A stretch of DNA of 18,379 bases from the IMG/VR virus record IMGVR_UViG_3300000944_000006, positions 1-18,379 of that record. One strand, given 5' to 3'. The translations under genes and the position numbers were made by a program. Below the pieces are notes generated by a model. It was given only the letters and a program-made list of their open reading frames with translations. It was not told the origin of the DNA and ran no database searches. Position 1 is the stretch's first letter. Each line of letters begins with the position of its first letter. Below are positions 8,210 to 15,770 of this stretch, one piece after another. Origin of the DNA: a virus. Lineage: Duplodnaviria > Heunggongvirae > Uroviricota > Caudoviricetes.

Positions 8210-9985
8210 ATGAGTAATTTAGACGGAATCCGATTTTCAACCGAGTATGAACTACTCGAAGCGACACTTAATACACCAGATGGTAACAGCTACGAAATAG
8301 CTGATATTATCGTTGCGTTAGAAATTGTAGAAGATATTACCAAGCCCTTTATAAAGGGAAGTATAGGCATCCAAGACGCAGTAGGCTTTGTTTCGCAGAA
8401 TATTAATGGTGGTGAAGAATTTATATTAAGATTTAAAACAAAATCTGCCCCGATGGAATATGAATTTAGTAAGACTTTTCGTGTCTATGAAATATCAAGA
8501 CGTGAACAAAAGCAAGCCAAGACATTATACTGGCAGGTAGAAATCATTTCAGAAGAATTTGTTAAGAACATCGACACAAAGATTTCACGCGCGTTCAATA
8601 ACCAATATACTTATCAAATCATACAAAACATTCTTACTAATGATTTAGAAACAGACCAAGATTTTGATTTTGAGCAAGACACTGACATACAAAATTATGT
8701 TATACCGTACATGCATCCTTTTGAAGCTATCAATTTCTTTAAAACACGGTCTATAAATGATAATAGTAATGCATCATTCTATTTCTTTGAAAATAGGGAT
8801 GGTTTTAAATTTATGTCGCTTGAAGGATTAAATCAAAAAACGCCTGTTGAATTTTTTCACAAGCCCTATGGATTTAGTGAACCATTTGCCAGACATAATT
8901 TTGTTGAAGATTTTTTCCCAACAGAAATGGCATATGACAATATTCTTGAAAATAAGAAATCTGGCCTTGAAGGTACACACGGAACTTATATAGAATTGAC
9001 AGAAAAGCGCGTCTTTACGCAAGGTGATAATAGAGCATCACAATTCATTAAAGTTTTTTCGAAAGACCAAGACAATCTTTCTCGAAAATGGTTAGAAAGT
9101 CGCGCGAAGAATATTTCTGATTTTGAAAGTATAAATTATACATTTCATATGAACGGTTCAACACTTCGTACTGTCGGGGATACTTTTAGATTTAATTTGC
9201 CTGCTGCACATACAGACACGACAGGGTTTCTTGAACAGGATGAAAAGCTTGATGGTGTCTGGATTATGAAGCGTATCAAGCATGATATTGTAGGCACTGT
9301 GTATAAACAACATATCGAAGCGTGTAAATTTGAAGGGAATTTGATTGTAACAAATGAAGAAAGGCCAAATAATCTTACGAGTGACCGTGAAGAATATACT
9401 GAAAATGTTACGCGCGAACGTGGTATGAACTGTAATCCACAAGACCTTTCGCCGCGTGGAAGATTAGAAATAATGTCTCATGAAGGTATTGTCATACGGC
9501 GCTATCGTGACACGCAAGGTGTCTGGACAATAGGATTAGGTGTAACACGCTTTGCAGGTGCGTCTATTAATCCAGAACGTTTTACAGGGTTTATATCAGA
9601 AGACCAAGCATTTGACTTGTTCGATGAAGTCATACAGCAATATATAGATGGTGTAAATCGTGCAAAAGAATGTGTTGATTTAACACAAGAAGAATTTGAT
9701 GCTTTGGTATCACTTGCGTATAATGTCGGGGAAAATTTAGGGCCAAAGACTATAGAATATATTCGTGATGGTCGTGTGGTTGATGCTATTAATCTATGGC
9801 GAGCAAATCCAGAATTACAAGAAAGACGTGATAGAGAAGTTACGCTTGCATCTACTGGAACATATTCTGGACGATTTATAAACGTACACACCGCCGATGA
9901 AGACGGTGTGTTAGACTTAAGACCAATACGTTCTATAAGAATTAATAACGGTAACGTTGAAGATTCTGGGGAACTAATTGTTTAA
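8210..9985 (+). CDS. gp27: gp27-like baseplate hub protein fused to a C-terminal GH24 lysozyme (591 aa)
   Basis: The N-terminal ~395 aa have hub-type motifs (EDITKPFIKGSIGIQD, YFFENRDGFKFMSLEGL, LDGVWIMKRIKH). The C-terminal part has HEGIVIRRYRDTQGVWTIG (E-x8-D-x5-T at 9482/9509/9527) and EFDALVSLAYNVG. ATG 8210 follows a late promoter. Confidence 0.82.
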   Translation: MSNLDGIRFSTEYELLEATLNTPDGNSYEIADIIVALEIVEDITKPFIKGSIGIQDAVGFVSQNINGGEEFILRFKTKSAPMEYEFSKTFRVYEISRREQKQAKTLYWQVEIISEEFVKNIDTKISRAFNNQYTYQIIQNILTNDLETDQDFDFEQDTDIQNYVIPYMHPFEAINFFKTRSINDNSNASFYFFENRDGFKFMSLEGLNQKTPVEFFHKPYGFSEPFARHNFVEDFFPTEMAYDNILENKKSGLEGTHGTYIELTEKRVFTQGDNRASQFIKVFSKDQDNLSRKWLESRAKNISDFESINYTFHMNGSTLRTVGDTFRFNLPAAHTDTTGFLEQDEKLDGVWIMKRIKHDIVGTVYKQHIEACKFEGNLIVTNEERPNNLTSDREEYTENVTRERGMNCNPQDLSPRGRLEIMSHEGIVIRRYRDTQGVWTIGLGVTRFAGASINPERFTGFISEDQAFDLFDEVIQQYIDGVNRAKECVDLTQEEFDALVSLAYNVGENLGPKTIEYIRDGRVVDAINLWRANPELQERRDREVTLASTGTYSGRFINVHTADEDGVLDLRPIRSIRINNGNVEDSGELIV

Positions 9986-10097
9986 TATAGTCTTGCGCGA
10001 CCACACGCGGAATATCGTCAAAAGCTTTGTTTAAAAGCTGATTATTTTCAGCTTGATATTCATCATCTTCAAGTAACAGTTCGTCTAATTGTGGCAT
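9942..10097 (-). CDS. Small acidic hypothetical protein (51 aa)
   Basis: Strong SD AAGGAG before ATG 10097 and a sigma70-like promoter upstream; overlaps the 3' end of gp27 by 44 nt on the opposite strand. Confidence 0.6.
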   Translation of the reverse strand: MPQLDELLLEDDEYQAENNQLLNKAFDDIPRVVAQDYIKQLVPQNLQRYRY

Positions 10098-10129
10098 ATT
10101 GATTTCTCCTTTTTTCTCAATACATGTTG

Positions 10130-10158
10130 TATATAACAACATCATTCAAGCTTGTCAA
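10130..10158 (-). promoter_or_regulatory. Host sigma70-type promoter TTGACA-17-TATATA, overlapped by the palindrome TGTTGT-N5-ACAACA
   Basis: TTGACA at 10158-10153, 17-nt spacer, TG-N-TATATA ending at 10130. Confidence 0.6.
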
Positions 10159-10426
10159 ACTGAAAATCAATAATATTTCGACATTTTACTTCTATGTAAA
10201 TTTTCTCCTCTTTAAATTCAGACGGGTCTAGCTTCTTATTGGTTATGATGTAAATTGTGTATTTTTTACCTACTTCAAACAAATTTTTCCATCTTTTCTC
10301 ACTTATATTATATATTATAAGTGATACTTTATTTTCTTCTTTACTATAGAAATAGATTCTTTTAATATGCGAATAGTTTAAGAATCTACCAGTTATTTTA
10401 TATTTGTAACATTTCTTATTAAACAT
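10142..10426 (-). CDS. YKYK-TG family paralogue (94 aa)
   Basis: YKYKITGRF ... GKKYTIYI; part of a tightly packed run of five genes. Confidence 0.8.
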   Translation of the reverse strand: MFNKKCYKYKITGRFLNYSHIKRIYFYSKEENKVSLIIYNISEKRWKNLFEVGKKYTIYIITNKKLDPSEFKEEKIYIEVKCRNIIDFQFDKLE

Positions 10427-10428
10427 GT

Positions 10429-10725
10429 CTATATCTTCTTTACAGATACATTATGCATATCATCTGACATTATTTCATGAACAACAGCAGAGTCTTTGGT
10501 GTTGATTGATGTGTATATAGTGTTTTCGCCCGTCTCGAAAGACAGTTCAACTTTATTTCCAACACTTTTTATAAGGTCTTCTGACTGCGGTATCTTTGAT
10601 AGATATGCGTTTATATCAAGCACAACAGGTGTCCCGCCACTACTCTTTGACATAACCTTATATGCGCTACCAAATTTACCATCGAATGACGTAAGTTTGC
10701 CTTGTAATTTAAATTTCTTTATCAT
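10429..10725 (-). CDS. YKYK-TG family paralogue, diverged (98 aa)
   Basis: KKFKLQGKL ... VLDI ... GNKVELSFET; ATGA overlap with the upstream gene. Confidence 0.78.
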   Translation of the reverse strand: MIKKFKLQGKLTSFDGKFGSAYKVMSKSSGGTPVVLDINAYLSKIPQSEDLIKSVGNKVELSFETGENTIYTSINTKDSAVVHEIMSDDMHNVSVKKI

Positions 10726-10985
10726 AATATTTCTGCCAAATGTGTAATGTTAAACACATGGTCTTGGCAGATATCGTAAGAAAAATAATTCATTTCATAG
10801 CTTGTAGTGAAGTAGATGCGATACTTAGTATGAAGATTAAAATCATATGTATTTAGAAATATATCCTTTACGATACTTATTAAATAATGTCCATTTTCAG
10901 GCGCATTTAATATAAGAACATGATACCTGCCACATTCAACATACCCTTCAATGAAATATTTGTATAATTTATTTGTATCAGTCAT
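10722..10985 (-). CDS. YKYK-TG family paralogue (87 aa)
   Basis: YKYFIEGYV ... KYRIYFTT; overlaps both neighbours. Confidence 0.78.
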   Translation of the reverse strand: MTDTNKLYKYFIEGYVECGRYHVLILNAPENGHYLISIVKDIFLNTYDFNLHTKYRIYFTTSYEMNYFSYDICQDHVFNITHLAEIL

Positions 10986-11316
10986 TAATCGCTATCTTTA
11001 TGATTTTAGCTTCGTCATTAAATAAGTCTACATGTATGGATTTGTGTATAGTTTCTGTTTCATCTGTGTTTGGTAAAAGAGCAACATCAGGGATAGAATC
11101 TTTCGATATGTTATTGCATTCAACATAAACCGATATGCTTTTTTGTAAAAGATTTTTAAACAAGTCATAAAGATTGACGACATGAAGAACATTGATATGA
11201 TATGAAATATTACTATCAAAGGATATTTCCATTCCTAGTTCATCATCATAATTATATAATACAACCCATTGAGAACCTATTTCAACAATTTTGCCTGTGA
11301 ATTGAATTTTATACAT
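10978..11316 (-). CDS. YKYK-TG family paralogue, diverged (112 aa)
   Basis: MYKIQFTGKI ... SISVYVE; 8-nt overlaps with both neighbours. Confidence 0.75.
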   Translation of the reverse strand: MYKIQFTGKIVEIGSQWVVLYNYDDELGMEISFDSNISYHINVLHVVNLYDLFKNLLQKSISVYVECNNISKDSIPDVALLPNTDETETIHKSIHVDLFNDEAKIIKIAIND

Positions 11317-11608
11317 CTATAATTTCCATATTATCTATTTGGATATCTTCAAAAAAGATTTCTTTTGTTGCAAATATTATATCACGATAAAAATAATATG
11401 CATTATTTTTTACCACAAAATACACTCTTAGGATTTGACCTGTAGAAAAAGGAAGCATATGGTAGCTTGGCATGTTAGTTATTCTAAATTTGAATTGTTC
11501 AGTGCGTGTATCTTCATGACTGTAAAATCCTAAAACGCTATTAGATTCACTGTAGAAAATATAGCCTTCGATATATAATTTTTTGGGCAGTTTTGGCATC
11601 TTCGACAT
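11309..11608 (-). CDS. YKYK-TG family paralogue, diverged (99 aa)
   Basis: KKLYIEGYI ... GQILRVYF; first gene after gp53. Confidence 0.72.
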   Translation of the reverse strand: MSKMPKLPKKLYIEGYIFYSESNSVLGFYSHEDTRTEQFKFRITNMPSYHMLPFSTGQILRVYFVVKNNAYYFYRDIIFATKEIFFEDIQIDNMEIIDV

Positions 11609-11640
11609 AATAACAGTAAATCATAATAATAAAATTAGTT

Positions 11641-12111
11641 TTAAGTATTATACAGTTCTCGTTCGTATTCGTCAACAAATGTTTTTAAATATTGTGGCCG
11701 TAAAATTCTTATTACACGTTTGTCTTCATTACGTTTTATAGCGATATCAAGGTTTGTGACAGCCGTACCAAGACCTTCTTTATTGATAAGCCCATCATCA
11801 TCCAGATAATGTGCAACTTCATGTGGATTTTCTGTTAACGCAAGAACTTCGTCTTCAGTTCTATACCAACCAAAATACGGGTCTATGATTTCATTATACA
11901 GTAAGACGACCCAATGAAAATCTTGTGAACCATAAAATTTAAAAGACACATCTTCAGGACGTTCGTTGTGCTTGATATTATACAATGTGAAAACCGCTCT
12001 ATCATCATCAACGCCTGCCTTGAAATAAAGACGTGTCATAACATCTGTTAAAACCTGCGTTTGATTGTCAGGTGTTTTGTAATATAAAAATGGATAGTTT
12101 CTAAACAACAT
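11641..12111 (-). CDS. gp53: Baseplate wedge subunit (LysM-like)
   Basis: FRNYPFLYY, YNIKHNERPEDVSFKFYGSQDFHWVVLLYNEIIDPY. Confidence 0.92.
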   Translation of the reverse strand: MLFRNYPFLYYKTPDNQTQVLTDVMTRLYFKAGVDDDRAVFTLYNIKHNERPEDVSFKFYGSQDFHWVVLLYNEIIDPYFGWYRTEDEVLALTENPHEVAHYLDDDGLINKEGLGTAVTNLDIAIKRNEDKRVIRILRPQYLKTFVDEYERELYNT

Positions 12112-12114
12112 TTT

Positions 12115-13086
12115 TTAGAAACCTGCTAACACGTCATCGCGCATAATAAGTTCTGTTTCTGTAAAGTCTAAATTCATTTCTAATTCAGCAGGAAACCCAT
12201 TCTTATATGATGCAAAATTTCCAAGTGTAGAATAATTGACAGTAATCGTGTTCATCACGCAGTTTTTTACTTTTGGTATAAAAGGGTTTTCTATTATGTC
12301 GCCATTAGGGTCTTTTAAAAGAAATCTTAGTTTAAATTCGGAAGGCATGATAAAATAGTTATCACTTGCGGAAAATTGTTGACCGCGTTCTGCTGTACTT
12401 CTGACGCGATTGTCCGCATCAAATACTTCTGTATTCCCTACGAAATTTTCTGGTGAAGATGAACGGCGCAAAATTCGTATTAAGTCGTATATAGAATCGC
12501 AATCTGCTTCTTCCAAAGGTGACATACGAAATGAGAAGTTAAACGTTCTTAAGTTTGGTTCGCGGTAAAGAACTTCTAAATGTGGACTTGAAACTTTACG
12601 TCTAGCAGCATCTTGTGCATCACGCAATTGATTACTGCCTATACTTGCTATTCCGCGACCTGATGAATTGGCAATATCGCCTGCAAATCGTGAACCGTGA
12701 TTTTTTATTTTATCTAAAAAACTGTCGCTTGTATCCCCGTCTCTAAATGTACGAAAAACACCTACATCAGTTCCTTCCCATGAATGTGAAGACGAAAAGT
12801 TCATATTGAATGGCGCGGGTAAATAAATTGTTTCGTGCTGTATGCGTCTTTGTGCATTTACAGATGATTGTGTGTTTGCAATAGACGTTGTGCGTGACAC
12901 AGAAGCTGTTTCGCCATCAACAGGCAATTCGTTACCGCGCGGGGTTACTGTTCCATCAAAAGTTTGTGGAAGGACTTCAATAACGGATATCGCCATGATA
13001 TTTTCATATTCGTTCTCAATACCAAGCAGTTCTTGTGGATATTGTACGTTTCTTGATAATGTTTGATTTGAAAGTTGTGTAGGCAT
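12115..13086 (-). CDS. gp48: Baseplate tail tube cap
   Basis: IYLPAP, PHLEVLYREPNLRTFNFSFRMSP, MPSEFKLRF, KNCVMNTITVNYS and GFPAELEMNLDFTETE are gp48 motifs. Confidence 0.92.
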   Translation of the reverse strand: MPTQLSNQTLSRNVQYPQELLGIENEYENIMAISVIEVLPQTFDGTVTPRGNELPVDGETASVSRTTSIANTQSSVNAQRRIQHETIYLPAPFNMNFSSSHSWEGTDVGVFRTFRDGDTSDSFLDKIKNHGSRFAGDIANSSGRGIASIGSNQLRDAQDAARRKVSSPHLEVLYREPNLRTFNFSFRMSPLEEADCDSIYDLIRILRRSSSPENFVGNTEVFDADNRVRSTAERGQQFSASDNYFIMPSEFKLRFLLKDPNGDIIENPFIPKVKNCVMNTITVNYSTLGNFASYKNGFPAELEMNLDFTETELIMRDDVLAGF

Positions 13087-13091
13087 ATTTT

Positions 13092-13099
13092 TATTTATA
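13092..13099 (-). promoter_or_regulatory. Late promoter TATAAATA for gp48-gp53
   Basis: Exact octamer 5 nt upstream of ATG 13086. Confidence 0.85.
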
Positions 13100-13114
13100 T
13101 GCCTTGAATGTCGT

Positions 13115-13122
13115 TATAAATA
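13115..13122 (+). promoter_or_regulatory. Late promoter TATAAATA for the gp4-like gene
   Basis: Exact octamer 5 nt upstream of ATG 13128. Confidence 0.85.
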
Positions 13123-13127
13123 ACTTT

Positions 13128-13635
13128 ATGGCACATAAATCAAGATACACACCGTTAAATGAAGAAAAATATTTTGGGGAAGGAGAAATCATTTGTCGTA
13201 GTTCATGGGAACGCGCCATTTGTCGTTACTTTCGATAATACTACTTCTGTTGTGCAATGGTCATCAGAACCTTTTGCTGTACCCTATAAAAAGCCGTATA
13301 GCAGGCGTCTAAACGGCATTCACCGATATTATCCAGACTTCCTTATAGAATTAGAAAATGGTCGTAAGCTACTTTTGGAAATAAAGCCCAAACACGAAAC
13401 TCTTCCGCCTGTAAGACGTAAAAACCAAAAAAGAAAGACATTTGCTAGGCAGAAACTAACATTTCTAGTGAACCAAGCTAAATGGAAATCTGCAAGAGCA
13501 TTTTGTGCTAAGAATGGTTTAGAATTTCAAGTATGGACAGAAGACCACATAAAGTCACTAGGCATTAAGATTGTTTCGGGAACAACTAAGCGAAAGACAA
13601 CAGCAAAGAAGAAAAAGACTGCTAAGAAGCCTTAA
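13128..13635 (+). CDS. gp4: Head completion nuclease (gp4/gp50, TnsA-like PD-(D/E)xK), split by a +1 frame change at 13230-13238
   Basis: First frame: MAHKSRYTPLNEEKYFGEGEIICRSSWERAICRYF(R*). +1 frame: FDNTTSVVQWSSEPFAVPY..HRYYPDF..LLEIKP..VNQAKWKSA..FQVWTE. Joined, they give a complete ~168-aa protein. Confidence 0.85.
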
Positions 13636-13921
13636 ACACTAATTTTTGAACATTAAATGTTGGGTCTTTGTTGTAAAAAAAGTACGGGCCGCTAATAGTA
13701 TCACCACACATAGTGTCAGTTGTGAAATAAATTTCAACGAATTTGTCATGATGTATATGTCGAGTTTTTTTGCACATTTGTAAATGTCTTATATCAACTT
13801 TTAAAACAGTTGTGTACACTCTGCTACTAGGATAATTTATAAAAGCATATTGAGATACTACACCATCAATGTCGATATAAAAATCGCTGTTTATCTGTCC
13901 TGTGAATTTATATTTGTACAT
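13622..13921 (-). CDS. YKYK-TG family paralogue (99 aa)
   Basis: MYKYKFTGQIN..AFINYP..VLKVDI..FVEIYFTT. Confidence 0.85.
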   Translation of the reverse strand: MYKYKFTGQINSDFYIDIDGVVSQYAFINYPSSRVYTTVLKVDIRHLQMCKKTRHIHHDKFVEIYFTTDTMCGDTISGPYFFYNKDPTFNVQKLVFKAS

Positions 13922-13925
13922 GTCT

Positions 13926-14213
13926 TTAATCTTTAAATTCTAAGTGTTTTACTACAAGTGTTTCGTCGCCATTGTATGAATAATAGCTTGAATGCGGTAT
14001 AAGAAACGATTTTTTGTTAGAAACCTGTGTCGTGAAGTAAATTTCTATAAGTTTTCCGCGATTCTTTTCTATCATTTCCTTACACATGTTTAGATGAAAA
14101 ATATCAATTTTCAAAACCTTTATACGGGATTTTATATATACGAAAGCTTTTTTATTTTTATTTGGCTTGCTATAATCTCCTATAGTGCCTACAAATTTAT
14201 ATTTGTAAATCAT
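13926..14213 (-). CDS. YKYK-TG family paralogue (95 aa from ATG 14213)
   Basis: MIYKYKFVGTI..VLKIDI..LIEIYFTT; ATGA overlap with the 14210 stop. Confidence 0.85.
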   Translation of the reverse strand: MIYKYKFVGTIGDYSKPNKNKKAFVYIKSRIKVLKIDIFHLNMCKEMIEKNRGKLIEIYFTTQVSNKKSFLIPHSSYYSYNGDETLVVKHLEFKD

Positions 14214-14398
14214 GGCATCTTCCAATCGGCAGGAATAATACCGCCCGCTTTTAGTTCTTCCAAAGCTTCTATAAGACACAGTTCATCTGTCTTACCCCAA
14301 CCGACATCAGGGTAAGCATCATCATATATGCGAATGCTACGCGCGCGTTCTTTAACAACTGCGACACGTAGCTTTTGTAGTTCGTCGTGTATCAACAT
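14210..14398 (-). CDS. Hypothetical protein (62 aa)
   Basis: Packed between neighbours with a coupled stop/start. Confidence 0.65.
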   Translation of the reverse strand: MLIHDELQKLRVAVVKERARSIRIYDDAYPDVGWGKTDELCLIEALEELKAGGIIPADWKMP

Positions 14399-14404
14399 CT
14401 TCTT

Positions 14405-14746
14405 CTAAAGACCTAGAAATTCGATTTGTTCAAGTGCAGCTTCGACATTTAAATATGTTTCTTGCATTTCTTGGAGAACTTTCTTGTTTCCGCGATTCAT
14501 TTCTTTCAAAAGAATTGCTTTGTGCTTGTGTTTCCCAAAGATTTCTGTCCGAAATGACGCGCCATATTTGTCAGTGCGATATTCACCACCTGTCAAAGAC
14601 ATATAAATCCCACGCGGCCCATTACGACCACGACCATCTTTTTCGTAGCTTACAGACATTCTGATATGCTCACCGCCAAATAATTCACTCACAAATGTAA
14701 GGCCGTTTTCGCGTCTTCCGACAATTTCATTAATTTCATTCTTCAT
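14405..14746 (-). CDS. Hypothetical phage protein (113 aa)
   Basis: SD-like GGGAG upstream; natural-looking protein (SVSYEKDG..RGIYMSL). Confidence 0.75.
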   Translation of the reverse strand: MKNEINEIVGRRENGLTFVSELFGGEHIRMSVSYEKDGRGRNGPRGIYMSLTGGEYRTDKYGASFRTEIFGKHKHKAILLKEMNRGNKKVLQEMQETYLNVEAALEQIEFLGL

Positions 14747-14768
14747 CTCATGTTCTCCCGAAAAGATT

Positions 14769-14792
14769 AAAAAGACCGCCGAATGACGGCCT
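14769..14792 (-). terminator. Rho-independent terminator
   Basis: AGGCCGTC-ATTC-GGCGGTCT stem with G-U pairs, followed by TTTT; 16 nt after stop 14809. Confidence 0.7.
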
Positions 14793-14808
14793 TAAGTATT
14801 AAATGGGG

Positions 14809-15171
14809 TTAGTCCCAACGACTTTGAGCATAGGCTTTCAAACCGATTTTAGTAAGTTCTTCAGCAACAATATCCTGCCAAGCTTTTTTGATATCAATGT
14901 TCTGAACGAGACGTGCAAGACCGTTGCCGCGCGTCCAGTTCTGATACCCGCCGTTGTAAGACTTTTTAAATTCTTCTTACTTAGCAACGATTTTACCGAT
15001 TTTTGAACGTCCATCAATAACGATTTTTGTCCAAGCAAATCCACATGGATATTGGTCATCTTCGCGTGTATATTTCGCGTCAATAGCGGCATCAGCTTTC
15101 GCATAGATTTCTGTCATAAGCGTATTAAACTGCGCGACAGTAGTGATTTGGGCAATGTCTGTAATGGTCAT
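14809..15171 (-). pseudogene. CGFAW-motif phage protein (120 codons) with an internal TAA at codon 65
   Basis: SD GAGGAG. ..PCGFAWTKIVIDGRSKIGKIVAK*EEFKKSYNGGYQNW..QNIDIKKAW..LTKIGLKAYAQSRWD* continues in the same frame up to the terminator. Confidence 0.7.
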
Positions 15172-15203
15172 GATTTCTCCTCTTCAGAACCTTTCCTACA
15201 TAT

Positions 15204-15236
15204 ATTGTATGCCATAGTTTGTTGTGTTTTACAACA
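15204..15236 (-). promoter_or_regulatory. Early-type promoter (TATGG-NN-TACAAT) with the palindrome TGTTGT-N5-ACAACA over the -35 region
   Basis: TACAAT at 15209-15204, TATGG at 15216-15212, palindrome at 15220-15236; upstream of the SD-led gene at 15171. Confidence 0.55.
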
Positions 15237-15262
15237 TAAGTTTTATTACAATTTTGTAATGT

Positions 15263-15472
15263 TTAAGAAATTATTTTTAATGAAACAATATTTTCGCTAT
15301 GCACATCAAGCCAAGACTTCCTCATATCTTCATCTATCAATTGTTTATACGGAACCTTAGATATTAAATATATTGTGTAAAAATTTCCTTCTTCTTTGCC
15401 TGTGTTAGGGAAATTTATATACGCGTTACGATATTCCTTTTCTAACTGTCCTGTTAGTTTATATTTGTACAT
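15263..15472 (-). CDS. YKYK-TG family paralogue, short (69 aa)
   Basis: MYKYKLTGQLE..AYINFP..FYTIYL; the middle segment is absent. Confidence 0.8.
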   Translation of the reverse strand: MYKYKLTGQLEKEYRNAYINFPNTGKEEGNFYTIYLISKVPYKQLIDEDMRKSWLDVHSENIVSLKIIS

Positions 15473-15476
15473 GATA

Positions 15477-15770
15477 TCATTTCACTCTTTTAACATGATA
15501 ATTTAAAATGTCGCTCCATTCTAAATTAATTTGTTTTCTAGTAGATATAGTTTTAACATCTATTATATAGTAAGAAATATCACGCGCCGTCTGGAAATAT
15601 ATTTCTATATATTCACCCTGTTGATACTCTAATAATTGTCGTTGAAAATTTCCTATTCTTAAAACATCTCTATCTTTTGCCATAGCTGTACTAGGATTGT
15701 TTATAAAAATATTTTTTGCAGAATTGTCCATTCCTTTGTTCAACTGACCTGTTAACTTATACTTGTACAT
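15477..15770 (-). CDS. YKYK-TG family paralogue (97 aa)
   Basis: MYKYKLTGQLN..IFINNP..VLRI..GEYIEIYFQT. Confidence 0.85.
   Translation of the reverse strand: MYKYKLTGQLNKGMDNSAKNIFINNPSTAMAKDRDVLRIGNFQRQLLEYQQGEYIEIYFQTARDISYYIIDVKTISTRKQINLEWSDILNYHVKRVK

Noticed and set aside
3870-9891. Opposite-strand ORFs over the tape measure, gp26, gp54, gp2 and gp27 genes
   Set aside because: They lie fully inside well-supported genes on the other strand.
13159-13230. ORF-track N-terminus MKKNILGKEK.. for gp4
   Set aside because: It lacks the conserved RSSWE motif, which is encoded in the frame starting at 13128.
14405-14979. Alternative genetic code (stop reassignment) explaining the internal stop
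   Set aside because: The internal stop is TAA, the dominant terminator here; TAG (10429, 14405) and TGA (10722, 14210) also act as normal stops.
14838-15104. 88-aa minus-strand ORF as the real gene
   Set aside because: It is an alternate frame with no SD; the CGFAW frame explains the whole interval apart from one TAA.
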